Source: Sphingomonadales bacterium (GTDB lineage: Bacteria > Pseudomonadota > Alphaproteobacteria > Sphingomonadales > Sphingomonadaceae). From it: a stretch of DNA of 33,099 nucleotides. The notes under the pieces were generated by a model. That model was not told the origin of the DNA and searched no databases. It worked only from the letters and a program-made list of their open reading frames with translations. The position numbers were made by a program, and so were the translations under genes. Shown here piece after piece: positions 1 to 9,779 of the stretch (position 1 is its first letter; each line of letters starts with the position of its first letter). The stretch covers positions 1-33,099 of the forward strand of contig RDXA01000335.1 of NCBI GenBank assembly GCA_004292705.1. The letters run 5' to 3'.

Positions 1-113
1 GCGGAGATGAACACCTCCACGCCCTCGCGCGCCAGCGCCAGCGCCGCCCCGCGCCCCATCCCGGCGCTGCCGCCATTGACCAGCGCCCGGCGTCCCGCAA
101 TTCCCAGATCCAT
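1..113 (-). CDS. SDR family oxidoreductase, 5' part only (runs off the window start)
   Basis: Not in the ORF track. Manual translation from ATG 113 gives MDLGIAGRRALVNGGSAGMGRGAALALAREGVEVFIS, with the SDR GxxxGxG dinucleotide-binding motif. Confidence 0.85.
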   Translation of the reverse strand, partial: MDLGIAGRRALVNGGSAGMGRGAALALAREGVEVFIS

Positions 114-208
114 CGTTTCCCTTTCGTCCGCAGCGTGCCCCGCCCCCCTTTCGCGCAAGGGTGCGGCGGGCGTAAACTGGCGAACTTGCTGGCGGCGGGT
201 CAGAGCGC

Positions 209-1771
209 TCAGCGCGGCGGCAGGGCCACAAAGAGCAGGCTGCGCCCCGCATCCGGCACGGCCACGAATCCTTCCGGGGGAAGCATATCATCGGGCAGCT
301 CGCCGACGATCCAGATGTGGGTGAAGGCATCGCGCGGCAACTTGGCAAGCGCAGCGGACAGTTTGGGCCGCGTCGCCCCGCGGCAGTCCTCGCGCTGCAC
401 CAGATGCGAAGGATCGCGCACGAAGGGCTCGGCCGCCGGGTAGTGCACCTTGAGCGGGTTCACGCCGGGTTGCTGCCACTGGTCGTTCACGAAAGCATTG
501 CGGCGCAGCACCGCCGCACCGGCGAGGTGATCAAGCGGGGCAAGGGCCCAGCGTGTCCGGCATGGCTTGACCGAAAAGAACGCCACGCGCGCGCCGACCG
601 GCATCTTGTCGACCGCGGGCAGCGCCGCCTGCACCAGCCGATCCTGCTCGACATAGGCAGAGCCCGTGGCTGCCATCCGCACCGCAAAGAAGGCCAGCGC
701 GATCGCGCTCGCCCCCATCAGCACCTTCGATCCCTCCCGCACCGGTCCAATCGCCACCAGCGCGATGGCGAGCGCATAGGGCAGCAGCCGCATGTCGGCA
801 AAGGCCGAGCCGAACACCCGGAACGGCAGGATCAGAAAGAACACAAGGCACAGCAGCGCGGCCAGCCCGAGGCCGCGGTCAAACCGCACCGTCTTGCTGA
901 ACAGCGCCCACAGCAGCAGCACCGCCACCACAGCTGCCGAACCGATATCGAAATCGCGCCAATAGGTTCTGAGCGGCGAGAGCAGCCAGTTGAGCTTGAA
1001 CTGCCAGGCCCAGCCCGACATCGCCGCGCCGGTTGATTCGGCACGCCAGATGACCATCGGTGCCACCGGCAGCAGCAGCGGCCAGCATGCCGCCAGAATG
1101 CGGCTTACCGCGGCCACCGGATGCATCCGCGCGGCGAACACCTCGGCCAGCATGGTCGCGCCGCACAGCAGCCCGAGGAACGCCCAGCCATAGGTGTGAC
1201 ACACCCAGATGGCCGCGCCCGCCGCCGCCAGCCACAGTCCGGCCGCCAGCCTGCGTTCCCGGCGGTGCAGGCGCAGCCACACCAGATAGGCCAGCAGCGC
1301 CAGCGCCATGCTGAGCGCGTAGTTGATGAAGCCGTAATTGAAGGGATAGCCATAAAGCAGCGGAATTGCCGCCACGGCAAAGGGCGTGATCCGGCCATGC
1401 ACCTCGCGGGCGACCAGCAGCAGGCCAAGCGCGCCGAGGAGCTGGGTGAGGATGACCGTGCCCCGCACCGCGCCCTCCAGCCCCAGCAGCGGATGCAACA
1501 CCTGCACCAGGATGTCCCCGCCCAGATTGCCGATCAGCTGCCAGTCATAGGAAAAGAACGGCTGGAGTTCGGGCCGGATGGCGAGCTCCGTCTGCACCGT
1601 GTGGCGGGTGAGATGACCATAGAGATCGACCAGCGGCGCAATCCCCACCAGCAGCAGCGGCAGGATGGCCGCAAGGCACACCAGCACCACCACCGGCCAG
1701 CGATCAAGCAGTCCAAGCGACTGCGGCGTGCCGCCGGGCGGCACGCGGGGCGTGACGGACGAAGAGATCAT
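209..1771 (-). CDS. Polytopic membrane protein, probable GT-C-type (GtrC-like) glycosyltransferase
   Basis: 520 aa with about 11-12 hydrophobic segments, a PLVDLYGH loop after the first TM, a YGFINY motif and a soluble C-terminal domain. ATGA overlap with the gtrA-like gene; last gene of a GT2/GtrA operon. Confidence 0.65.
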   Translation of the reverse strand: MISSSVTPRVPPGGTPQSLGLLDRWPVVVLVCLAAILPLLLVGIAPLVDLYGHLTRHTVQTELAIRPELQPFFSYDWQLIGNLGGDILVQVLHPLLGLEGAVRGTVILTQLLGALGLLLVAREVHGRITPFAVAAIPLLYGYPFNYGFINYALSMALALLAYLVWLRLHRRERRLAAGLWLAAAGAAIWVCHTYGWAFLGLLCGATMLAEVFAARMHPVAAVSRILAACWPLLLPVAPMVIWRAESTGAAMSGWAWQFKLNWLLSPLRTYWRDFDIGSAAVVAVLLLWALFSKTVRFDRGLGLAALLCLVFFLILPFRVFGSAFADMRLLPYALAIALVAIGPVREGSKVLMGASAIALAFFAVRMAATGSAYVEQDRLVQAALPAVDKMPVGARVAFFSVKPCRTRWALAPLDHLAGAAVLRRNAFVNDQWQQPGVNPLKVHYPAAEPFVRDPSHLVQREDCRGATRPKLSAALAKLPRDAFTHIWIVGELPDDMLPPEGFVAVPDAGRSLLFVALPPR

Positions 1772-2151
1772 TCGGACGTCGCCGGCCTGAAGACGAAGAA
1801 CTGCGAAAGGAGGAAAAAGATCAGCACATAGGCACCAATCGCCGGAATCTGCGCCAGCGCGCGGTCAGCCCCGAGCACCGCTTGCGCGGCGAGCAGCACC
1901 GCGACGTTGATCGCATAGGCAACCGCGAAAGCGGCAAGAAACCGCGCCACCTCGCGGCCCGATACCGCGCCCTCGACGCCGAACACGAACCGCCTGTTCA
2001 GCGTGAAGGACAGCACCAGCCCGACAGCATAGCCCGCCGCATTGGCGGCAAGCCCGCTCATCCCTGCCCACAGTCCGCCAAAGATCACCGCCCAGCCGAC
2101 GGCCGAATTGGCAAGGCCGGTCAGCCCGAAACGCATGAGACGCGCCAGCAT
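1768..2151 (-). CDS. GtrA family membrane protein (putative lipid-sugar flippase)
   Basis: From ATG 2151: MLARLMRFGLTG...ANAAGY...SFTLNRRFVF...RF; four TM segments with the GtrA pattern. The ORF-track extension to 2274 overlaps the upstream gene. Confidence 0.88.
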   Translation of the reverse strand: MLARLMRFGLTGLANSAVGWAVIFGGLWAGMSGLAANAAGYAVGLVLSFTLNRRFVFGVEGAVSGREVARFLAAFAVAYAINVAVLLAAQAVLGADRALAQIPAIGAYVLIFFLLSQFFVFRPATSE

Positions 2152-2155
2152 CGGT

Positions 2156-2845
2156 TCAGCGGGCAACGAGGCAGTATTGTGCGCCCAGCGGCAGCCAGCC
2201 CAAAGCACGCTCAAGCGGCCGAAGCGGCGCGAGGATCGCAGGGAAAAACAGCGTCCAGCGCAGGCCCACATCATGGAAGCCCGCCGCCCGGAACCGGCGG
2301 CGCATCTCGGGCGCGCTGATCAGCACAGCGTTCTGGTCGAACGGGCAGGTAGCGACCGCGTGGCGGGTGAGCGGGTTCCAGGGATTGTGCTCGAACAGGA
2401 TGAACCGGCCCTTGGGGGTGAGCGTGCGGCGGATCTCGGCAAGCAGGCGGATGTGATCTTCGGCCGGGATGTGGTGGAACACGCAGGCAGTGAAGACGAG
2501 GTCGAAACTGGCATCCGCGAAGGGCAGGGTCTTCCCGTCATAGCACTGCGCTTGGATCGGGCGGATGGCGCGTGCCTCGCAATGGCTCAGCGAACGGGCC
2601 GACACGTCGAGCGCGGTCAGCGCGGCATCGGGGAAGGCGCGCTGCAAGTGGGCGATGCAATTGCCCCGTCCCGCGCCGAAATCCATGATCCGCTGCGGCG
2701 CAATCCCCGCCGCAGTCATCATCCGCGCGGCTTCGGCAGCCTTGTAGGCGGCGAAGAAATCCGGGTCCTCGCCGCTCAGCCGCACCGATGCGGCATGCTG
2801 CGCGTCATATTGGTCAACATAGGCGTCGAATTCAGCCTGCGACAC
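2156..2845 (-). CDS. Class I SAM-dependent methyltransferase
   Basis: MDFGAGRG (motif I), ALDVS, LPFADASFDLV and VFHHI. Likely GTG start at 2845 with GAGGG upstream; overlaps the end of the GT2 gene. Confidence 0.88.
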   Translation of the reverse strand: MSQAEFDAYVDQYDAQHAASVRLSGEDPDFFAAYKAAEAARMMTAAGIAPQRIMDFGAGRGNCIAHLQRAFPDAALTALDVSARSLSHCEARAIRPIQAQCYDGKTLPFADASFDLVFTACVFHHIPAEDHIRLLAEIRRTLTPKGRFILFEHNPWNPLTRHAVATCPFDQNAVLISAPEMRRRFRAAGFHDVGLRWTLFFPAILAPLRPLERALGWLPLGAQYCLVAR

Positions 2846-3878
2846 GGATGCCCTCGCGCAGTTCGGTCTCCACGGTGATCGCGACCTTGTCCTCGGTATC
2901 CCCGGTCTCGGCATTGGCCGCGACCGGGTGGCGGCGCACTTCGGATATGATGAACAGCGGGCGGTGCTTCGCCTCCATATACATCCGGCCGAGATATTCG
3001 CCGAACACGCCCAGCACCATCAGCTGGACACTGCCCATGATCAGGATCAGCGCAGCCAGGCTCGCCCAGCCCTCCACCGTGCCGCCCTGCATCCACACCC
3101 ACACGATCCCGATCAGCGAGACAAGGCCGGCAAGCCCGAACACCATTCCCAGATGCGACGCAAAGCGCAGCGGCACCACCGAGAAGCTGGTGACTGCATC
3201 CACCGCCAGTGCCACCATCTTGGACAGCGGGTAATGCGTCTCCCCCGCAAAGCGCGCGTCGCGATCATAGGGGAAAGCGATCTGGTTGAAGCCGACATAA
3301 CTCACCAGTCCGCGGATGAAGCGATACCGTTCCGGCATGGCGTTGAGCTGATCGACCACCCGGCGCGTCATCAAGCGGAAATCGCCGGTGTCGCGCGGAA
3401 TGTGGGTATCGACCATGTGCCCCAGCATCCGGTAGAACAGCGAGGCCGTGCCGCGCTTGAACGCGGTCTCGCCGTGGCGCTGGATGCGCTGGCCGTAGAC
3501 CACGTCATAGCCTTGCCGCAGCTGCGCGAGCATCGGCCCCAGCAATTCGGGCGGGTCCTGCAGGTCGGCATCGAGCACGAAGACAAGCTCGCCGCGCACA
3601 TGATTGAGGCCTGCGGTCAGCGCCAGCTGGTGGCCGTGATTGCGCGAGAGGTTGATTGCAACGATCCGCGTATCACGCTCGGCATGGGCGCAGATCGCTG
3701 CCCAGCTGCCGTCCTTCGACCCGTCGTTGACCAGAATCAGCTCGTAGCGGTCGGCAAAGCTCGCCCGGGCGGCCTTGGTCACCCGTTCGACCAGCGCATC
3801 AAGGCCCGGCTCCTCGTTGTATAGCGGGATGACGACGGACAGCTCGCAGGAGCCTGAGAATGTGTGCGGAACGTGCAA
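2832..3878 (-). CDS. GT2 polyprenol-phosphate glycosyltransferase (GtrB/ArnC-like)
   Basis: SVVIPLYNEE, VNDGSKDGS, LSRNHGHQ, DADLQDPPE, TGDFRL and two C-terminal TM helices. TTG start at 3878 preceded by AGGAGG. Confidence 0.92.
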   Translation of the reverse strand: MHVPHTFSGSCELSVVIPLYNEEPGLDALVERVTKAARASFADRYELILVNDGSKDGSWAAICAHAERDTRIVAINLSRNHGHQLALTAGLNHVRGELVFVLDADLQDPPELLGPMLAQLRQGYDVVYGQRIQRHGETAFKRGTASLFYRMLGHMVDTHIPRDTGDFRLMTRRVVDQLNAMPERYRFIRGLVSYVGFNQIAFPYDRDARFAGETHYPLSKMVALAVDAVTSFSVVPLRFASHLGMVFGLAGLVSLIGIVWVWMQGGTVEGWASLAALILIMGSVQLMVLGVFGEYLGRMYMEAKHRPLFIISEVRRHPVAANAETGDTEDKVAITVETELREGIRVAG

Positions 3879-4476
3879 GTCCCTGGTCCTCCTGAAGCGA
3901 TTTAGGCAGCAAACGGCAATGCTGGTCGGCGGTTCCGGACGGCCTGCGCCCGGGAAAGTCCCGGCCATCCCCGCTATCGCGTCACCCGCAAAGCCCCGAG
4001 GTTGACCAGTCCGTTGTCGGTCACCACGACCGGCGGCGCTATATCCAGCATGGGCTCACGAATTTCAAGGCTTGTGGTGGGTGGCGCCGACAAGGACAGC
4101 GAGGCCGCGTCGCACGACCCTCGCCCGATCCGCCCGCGCCAGGCCTTCCGCCGCTGCGCTACTGTTGCAAAAGCATGACACCGCGCAAGCTTTGTACGCA
4201 GGGATGCGGTTCGACGTTGTTTTTCGTTGACCCCCCACCTGATGCAAGCAATTTCAGCACTGCTGGCTGGGCGCAAGGGGTCGCGCTGGGCTGAAAGCCA
4301 AGAGCGAGGATGGACGGCGCGAACATCGCAGCCACATCATCCCGCACACAAGACGAGAGGATAGCATGAAGCGTCTGGTCGCATCGGCGTGTGCCGCTGT
4401 GTGGCCAGCGAAGTTCGTTTCATCGGGTACAGATGCAGCCGAAACACAGTCCGCAAGAAACACTCAAGGGGTAGCA

Positions 4477-7254
4477 ATGCAAAACATCCAGAAAGTCCTG
4501 TCTTCCGGTTCGACCATCGCCCTCGGCGCGGCATTGCTTGCCGCCACGGGCGCAACGGCGGCTAATGTTGCCGAAAGCAGCGAAGCGGACACCTCAGGGC
4601 CGGTCATCGATGTCACCGTGACCTCGCAGGCCAGACTGGCCATGGCCCAGCAAGCCGCCGATGCAGCCATTGATGACGTGGTGGACAGTGGCGAGGTGCT
4701 GATCGTCACCGGCACGCGGCGCTCCAACCGCACGGTTTCGGAAAGCCCGGTGCCGATCGACGTGATTTCGGACGAGCAGCTGCGCCAGTCGGGCCTTACC
4801 GAAACCGCGCGCCTGCTGCGCGATCTCGTCCCCTCGCTCAACTTCCCGCAGCCCTCGATCACTGATGGCACCGACGCGATCCGCCCCGCCACCCTGCGCG
4901 GCCTCGGGCCTGATCAGACGCTGGTGCTGATCAACGGCAAGCGCCGCCATGTGTCGGCGCTGCTCAACATCAACGGCTCGGTCGGGCGCGGCAGCACAGC
5001 AGTCGACCTCAACCTGATCCCCTCTTCCGCGATTGGCCGCGTCGAAGTGCTGCGCGATGGCGCGGCGGCGCAATATGGTTCCGACGCGATTGCCGGGGTG
5101 ATCAACTTCCAGCTCAACGATTCGCGCAAAGGCGGACGCTTCTGGGTCAATTACGGCGGCTTCAACACCCGGATTGCCGGGGTGCAGGAAGTCACCGGGG
5201 TCAATGGCACTGCCGGTCAGGTGCCGACCCTGACGCCCGATGGCGTGCTCCAGCTCAACACCACCGGACGGGATCTCAAGGTCACCGACGGGGAGATTCT
5301 GGCCGTGTCGGGCAATATCGGCCTGCCGCTGGGATCAGAAGGCTTCATCAACATCACCGCCGAATATCGCGACCGCAACGACACCAATCGAACCGGTTAC
5401 GATCCGCGCCGCAACTATTCCCAGACCGGTGCGCTTGACCCGCGCGAACTGACGCTTGACCGCCGCTATCACCGCTATGGCGATCCGGCGACCGAAGACC
5501 TCAACATCGTCGTCAACATGGGCGTGCCGCTCGACGACAATGTCGAATTCTACGCCTTCGGCAGCTACGGCACCCGCGACGCGGAATCCGCCGGGTTCTA
5601 CCGCCGCGCGGCTGACAACCGCAACGTGCTGGCGATCTATCCCGATGGCTTCCTGCCGCTGATCAACACCGACACCGAGGATTTTGCGATCGTCGGCGGA
5701 CTGGAAGGCGATTTCGGCGGCTGGATGTGGGACCTGTCGATGTCCTACGGCCAGAACACGACCGACTTCTTCATCACCAACACCCTCAATGCCTCGCTCG
5801 GCGCGGCGAGCCAGACCGAGTTCGATGCCGGTTCGATTTCCTACAGCCAGCTGATGGCCAACCTCGGGATCAGCAAGGACATCGAAATCGCCGGGATCGA
5901 GGAGATGACCCTGTCCTTCGGGACGGAATGGCGGCGCGAGGAATACCAGCTCGGCGCGGGCGAGCTGAACAGCTATGTCGCCGGGCCGGTACGGGTCGGA
6001 GCCAACAATTCCTTCATCACCGGGGCAGGCGCAAACGCCTTTGCCGCGCCCGGTGCGCAGGTGTTCCCGGGCTTCCAGCCGCGCATCGGCGGGGTGGACG
6101 TCACGCTCCCCAACTCGCGGGAGAACATCTCGTTTTATGCCGAACTCGATACCGACATCACCGATGGCTTCAACGTCCAGATCGCGGGCCGGTTTGAAGA
6201 CTACACCGATTTCGGTTCGACTCTGAACGGCAAGCTGGCGACCCGGCTCGAGCTGTTCGACGGCTTCGCCTTGCGCGGCGCCTTGTCGACCGGCTTCCGT
6301 GCGCCCTCGCTCCAACAGCAGTTCTTCGCGGCAGCCGCAACCAACAACATCGGCGGTGTGCTCGTCGATGCCGTGACCCTGCCGGTGAACAACCCCGTGG
6401 CGATCGCGCTCGGTGCCACCCCGCTCAATCCCGAAAAATCCTTCTCGTGGTCAGGCGGCGCGGTATTCGACCGGGTCGATGGGCTGAACATCACCTTCGA
6501 CTATTACCAGATCGATATCGACGACCGCATCGTGCTGACTGAAAACCTGTCGGCCACCCGCAATGCTGCGGGTGCGCCGACCGGGACGAACCCGGGGCTG
6601 GGGATCGCCCAGATCCTCAACGCGGCCGGTTTCACCAGCATTTCGGCGGCGCGGTTCTTCTTCAACGGGATCGACACGCGCACCCGCGGTTTCGATGCCA
6701 TCGCGACCTATCGCACCGGGCTTGGCGATCTGGGCACGCTGTCGCTGACGGCGGGCTACAACTGGAACGATATCGACATCACCGGACGCCGGACCACGCC
6801 GGGCAATCTCGCCCAGGTGCCGGGCATCGACCTGTTCGGACGGCTGGAATCGCTGCGTATCGAGCGCGGCCAGCCACGTGATCGTATCAATCTGGGCGCA
6901 GATTGGGAGTGGAACTGGCTGAGCGCCACCCTGCGGGCCAACCGCTTCGGCGAAGTCTTCTCGGCTGGTGCCACGCCGATCAACGACCTGCTGCTCGAAC
7001 CGCGCTGGATTACCGACCTTGAAATCCGCCTGCGCCCGCAAGGCGGCATGGCCGAGGGGATCGAACTGGCGGTCGGGGCGAACAACCTGTTCGATCAATA
7101 TCCGACCGTGGGCCCGGTCGGCCGGGTGACCGATCCCGTCACCGGACAGCCCGGCAACCTGTCGGTCAACAACTACTTCCTGCCGTTCTCGTCCTTCTCG
7201 CCCTTCGGGTTCAACGGGCGGTTCCTCTACGCACGGCTGAGCTTCGCCTTCTAG
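4477..7254 (+). CDS. TonB-dependent outer-membrane receptor
   Basis: Signal peptide from ATG 4477, TonB-box-like VLIVTGTRR, plug motifs LRGLGPDQTLVLINGKR and EVLRDGAAAQYGSDAIAGVIN, GFRAPSL, and C-terminal Phe. Alternative in-frame ATG at 4366. Confidence 0.95.
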   Translation: MQNIQKVLSSGSTIALGAALLAATGATAANVAESSEADTSGPVIDVTVTSQARLAMAQQAADAAIDDVVDSGEVLIVTGTRRSNRTVSESPVPIDVISDEQLRQSGLTETARLLRDLVPSLNFPQPSITDGTDAIRPATLRGLGPDQTLVLINGKRRHVSALLNINGSVGRGSTAVDLNLIPSSAIGRVEVLRDGAAAQYGSDAIAGVINFQLNDSRKGGRFWVNYGGFNTRIAGVQEVTGVNGTAGQVPTLTPDGVLQLNTTGRDLKVTDGEILAVSGNIGLPLGSEGFINITAEYRDRNDTNRTGYDPRRNYSQTGALDPRELTLDRRYHRYGDPATEDLNIVVNMGVPLDDNVEFYAFGSYGTRDAESAGFYRRAADNRNVLAIYPDGFLPLINTDTEDFAIVGGLEGDFGGWMWDLSMSYGQNTTDFFITNTLNASLGAASQTEFDAGSISYSQLMANLGISKDIEIAGIEEMTLSFGTEWRREEYQLGAGELNSYVAGPVRVGANNSFITGAGANAFAAPGAQVFPGFQPRIGGVDVTLPNSRENISFYAELDTDITDGFNVQIAGRFEDYTDFGSTLNGKLATRLELFDGFALRGALSTGFRAPSLQQQFFAAAATNNIGGVLVDAVTLPVNNPVAIALGATPLNPEKSFSWSGGAVFDRVDGLNITFDYYQIDIDDRIVLTENLSATRNAAGAPTGTNPGLGIAQILNAAGFTSISAARFFFNGIDTRTRGFDAIATYRTGLGDLGTLSLTAGYNWNDIDITGRRTTPGNLAQVPGIDLFGRLESLRIERGQPRDRINLGADWEWNWLSATLRANRFGEVFSAGATPINDLLLEPRWITDLEIRLRPQGGMAEGIELAVGANNLFDQYPTVGPVGRVTDPVTGQPGNLSVNNYFLPFSSFSPFGFNGRFLYARLSFAF

Positions 7255-7282
7255 GCGCTGTCCGGCTGGTTTCGCACAACAG

Positions 7283-7317
7283 GCGGTGGCGGGCAGGATC
7301 ACCCTGCCCGCCGCTGT
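7283..7317 (+). terminator. 15-bp hairpin after the TonB receptor gene (terminator or 3' stabiliser; no U-tract)
   Basis: GCGGTGGCGGGCAGG-ATCAC-CCTGCCCGCCGCTGT. Three G-U pairs form only in + strand RNA. Confidence 0.55.
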
Positions 7318-7495
7318 GACCCGCAACGTGATCGCGGTGCGAGGCCTGCCGCTCAACCTCCGCCAGCGCGCGCTCATGCGCTGAGAGCGGGTCTCCCGGT
7401 GGTTCAGGCCTCTGGCCATCCTTGCCATCGGGCCGGCATTCCCCGCCAAAGCAAAGCTGTTGCGGGCCTGACGACGGCCTTCTAGGGGTCTGGCC

Positions 7496-8374
7496 ATGAC
7501 CGAGAAAGATCTGAGCGACCGCAAATTCTACCGCGCGGGCGAGGAAACCCGCTTCGCCGAGGGCGGGCCCGAACGCACCCCCCAGACCGCGCACCCGGCC
7601 TACAAGCTCGCCTTCCGCGACACCGATTTCCTGCTGCGCGACGAACTGCGCCCGGTGCGGTTCCAGCTTGAGCTGCTCAAGCCTGAAATGCTGCTGGATG
7701 AGGCCCGCGTCGGATCGACGCTGGTGATGTATGGCTCGGCCCGCATTCCGAGCCCGGCGCAGGCCGAGGCGCGGGTGGCCGAGGCCGCCGCCAATGGCAG
7801 CGACTATGACCAGAAGGTCGCCGCGCGCCTCGCTGCGAAGGCGAAATACTACGACGAGGCCTACAGGCTCGCCCGGCTGGTGAGCGAGAAGGGGCTGATC
7901 GAAAACGGCTTGCGCCAGTTCGTCGTCACCACCGGGGGCGGCCCGTCGATCATGGAGGCGGGCAATCGCGGGGCGAGCGATGCGGGCAGCGAGTCCATCG
8001 GGCTCAACATCGTGCTGCCGCACGAGCAGGCGCCGAACCCCTTTGTGACCCCCTATCTTTCGTTCCAGTTCCACTACTTCGCGCTGCGCAAGATGCACTT
8101 CCTGCTGCGCGCCCGCGCGGTGGCAGTGTTCCCCGGCGGCTTTGGGACGTTCGACGAGTTCTTCGAGCTCGTGACGCTGATCCAGACCGGCAAGATGAAG
8201 CCGATCCCGATCATCCTGTTCGGCAGGGATTTCTGGACCCGCGTGATCGATTTCGAGGCGCTGGCCGAAGAAGGCACGATCTCCAAGAGCGATCTCGATC
8301 TGTTCACCTGGTGCGAAACGGCGGAAGAGGCGTGGGATTGCATCAGCGATTTCTATGAGCTGCCCCGCGGCTGA
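7496..8374 (+). CDS. LOG family nucleotide phosphoribohydrolase (often annotated lysine decarboxylase-like)
   Basis: YGSAR, TGGGPSIMEAGNRGA, LPHEQAPN, FALRKMHF and PGGFGTFDE motifs. Confidence 0.92.
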   Translation: MTEKDLSDRKFYRAGEETRFAEGGPERTPQTAHPAYKLAFRDTDFLLRDELRPVRFQLELLKPEMLLDEARVGSTLVMYGSARIPSPAQAEARVAEAAANGSDYDQKVAARLAAKAKYYDEAYRLARLVSEKGLIENGLRQFVVTTGGGPSIMEAGNRGASDAGSESIGLNIVLPHEQAPNPFVTPYLSFQFHYFALRKMHFLLRARAVAVFPGGFGTFDEFFELVTLIQTGKMKPIPIILFGRDFWTRVIDFEALAEEGTISKSDLDLFTWCETAEEAWDCISDFYELPRG

Positions 8375-8894
8375 CCTCGTGATCCGCACCCCGCGGCTGG
8401 TGCTGCGCCGGGTGCGACCGGATGCGGACCTCGCCGGCATGCACGCGGTTCTGAGCGATCCTGCGGCCATGGCCTATTGGTCCACGCCGCCGCATGTCAG
8501 CGAAGATCAGACCCGGGACTGGCTTGCGGCGATGGCTGAGATAGCGCCCGGCGAGGGAGATGATTTCATAATCGAGTATCAGGGCCGCGCTGTCGGCAAG
8601 GCGGGGCTCTACCGCTTTCCCGATATCGGCTACATCCTCTCGCCCGCATTGTGGGGACAGGGGCTGGTGGCGGAGGCGCTGATGCCGGTCATCACCCGCG
8701 CCTTTGCCGTGCACGGGCTGGAGCGCATCACCGCCGATGTCGATCCGCGCAACGCAGCCTCGATCCGGCTGCTGGCCAAGCTGGGCTTTGCCGAGACACA
8801 CCGGGCGGAGAAGACATGGCTGATCGCGGGCACATGGTGCGATTCGATCTATTTCGAGCTGACGCCTCAAGTCTGGGCATCGCGCACGGCCTGA
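8355..8894 (+). CDS. GNAT N-acetyltransferase, RimJ/RimL-like
   Basis: IRTPRLVLR, IGYIL, WGQGLVAEA and NAASIRLLAKLGF. Overlaps the LOG stop. Confidence 0.88.
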   Translation: MSCPAADLVIRTPRLVLRRVRPDADLAGMHAVLSDPAAMAYWSTPPHVSEDQTRDWLAAMAEIAPGEGDDFIIEYQGRAVGKAGLYRFPDIGYILSPALWGQGLVAEALMPVITRAFAVHGLERITADVDPRNAASIRLLAKLGFAETHRAEKTWLIAGTWCDSIYFELTPQVWASRTA

Positions 8895-9739
8895 TGGCCT
8901 AAAGGGCCATTGCCCGCGCCAAAGCCGGGAGCGGCCCTGATCGCGCGGAGAACAAATTCCCGCCCCAGCCGGACCGCCTCCCCGAGCGGCTGGCCGTGGC
9001 CGACCAGCGTCGCGATGGCGGATGACAGCGTGCAGCCGGTGCCGTGGGTGTGCCGCGTGGCAATGCGCGGGCTTTCAAACGTGAGCGTTTCGCCATCGGG
9101 GGCGACCAGCAGGTCGATGATCGCATCGCCATGCCCATGCCCGCCCTTGGCGAGCACATGCGCGCCGGTTTCGCGGGCGAGCTGCAGAGCGGCGTTGCGG
9201 ATATCGTCGATGGTCACAAGGCTGCCCGGACACAGCACTTCAAGCTCGGGCAGGTTGGGCGTGATAAGGGTTGCGAGCGGAAACAGCCGGGCGCGCATGC
9301 TGCCGATCGCGGCCTCGTCGATCAGCAGCGCGCCGGACGTTGCGACCATGACCGGATCGACCACAATCGGGAAGCGGCGGACACCGGGCGGACGCGGATG
9401 GCGCGCAAGGGCCTGCGCCGAGCGCGCACTGATCTCGGGTGCGGCGACCAGCGCGGCGCTCACGTTGCGCACGATCTCCTCGTTGCCGAGCATCCCGATC
9501 TTGATCGCATCGACCCCGATATCCTCGACACAGGCCGCGATCTGCTTCAGCACCATCGAGCCTTCGCAATGGGCGACGGCTGCGACCCCCACCGTGTTCT
9601 GCGCGGTGATCGCAGTGATCGCGGTCATGGCATAGCCGCCAAGCATGGTGATGGTCTTGATATCGGCCTGAATGCCCGCCCCGCCGGAACTGTCAGACCC
9701 GGCGATGGCAAGAATGCGAGGGGGTGTGCGCGTGTTCAT
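8867..9739 (-). CDS. thiD: Hydroxymethylpyrimidine/phosphomethylpyrimidine kinase
   Basis: IAGSDSSGGAGIQADIKT, TAQNT, KIGML, DPVM, TPNLPE, KGGH and THGTGCTLSSA. Start is 9739 or 9751. Confidence 0.95.
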   Translation of the reverse strand: MNTRTPPRILAIAGSDSSGGAGIQADIKTITMLGGYAMTAITAITAQNTVGVAAVAHCEGSMVLKQIAACVEDIGVDAIKIGMLGNEEIVRNVSAALVAAPEISARSAQALARHPRPPGVRRFPIVVDPVMVATSGALLIDEAAIGSMRARLFPLATLITPNLPELEVLCPGSLVTIDDIRNAALQLARETGAHVLAKGGHGHGDAIIDLLVAPDGETLTFESPRIATRHTHGTGCTLSSAIATLVGHGQPLGEAVRLGREFVLRAIRAAPGFGAGNGPLGHQAVRDAQT

Positions 9740-9779
9740 GGAGAGCGCCATAGCAAACCTGCGCGGGAAGGTCAGCCAA

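Noticed and set aside
3974-4276. 100-aa - strand ORF in the GT2-TonB receptor gap
   Set aside because: No RBS, recognisable motif or codon bias; more likely promoter DNA.
4340-4476. Possible glycine, cobalamin or TPP riboswitch before the TonB receptor (GCCGAA...GAAACACTCAAGG)
   Set aside because: Only partial resemblance. The glycine GGAGA/CCGAAG/CTCTCAGG core, the B12 box and the TPP CTGAGA/ACCTGA arrangement are not present together.
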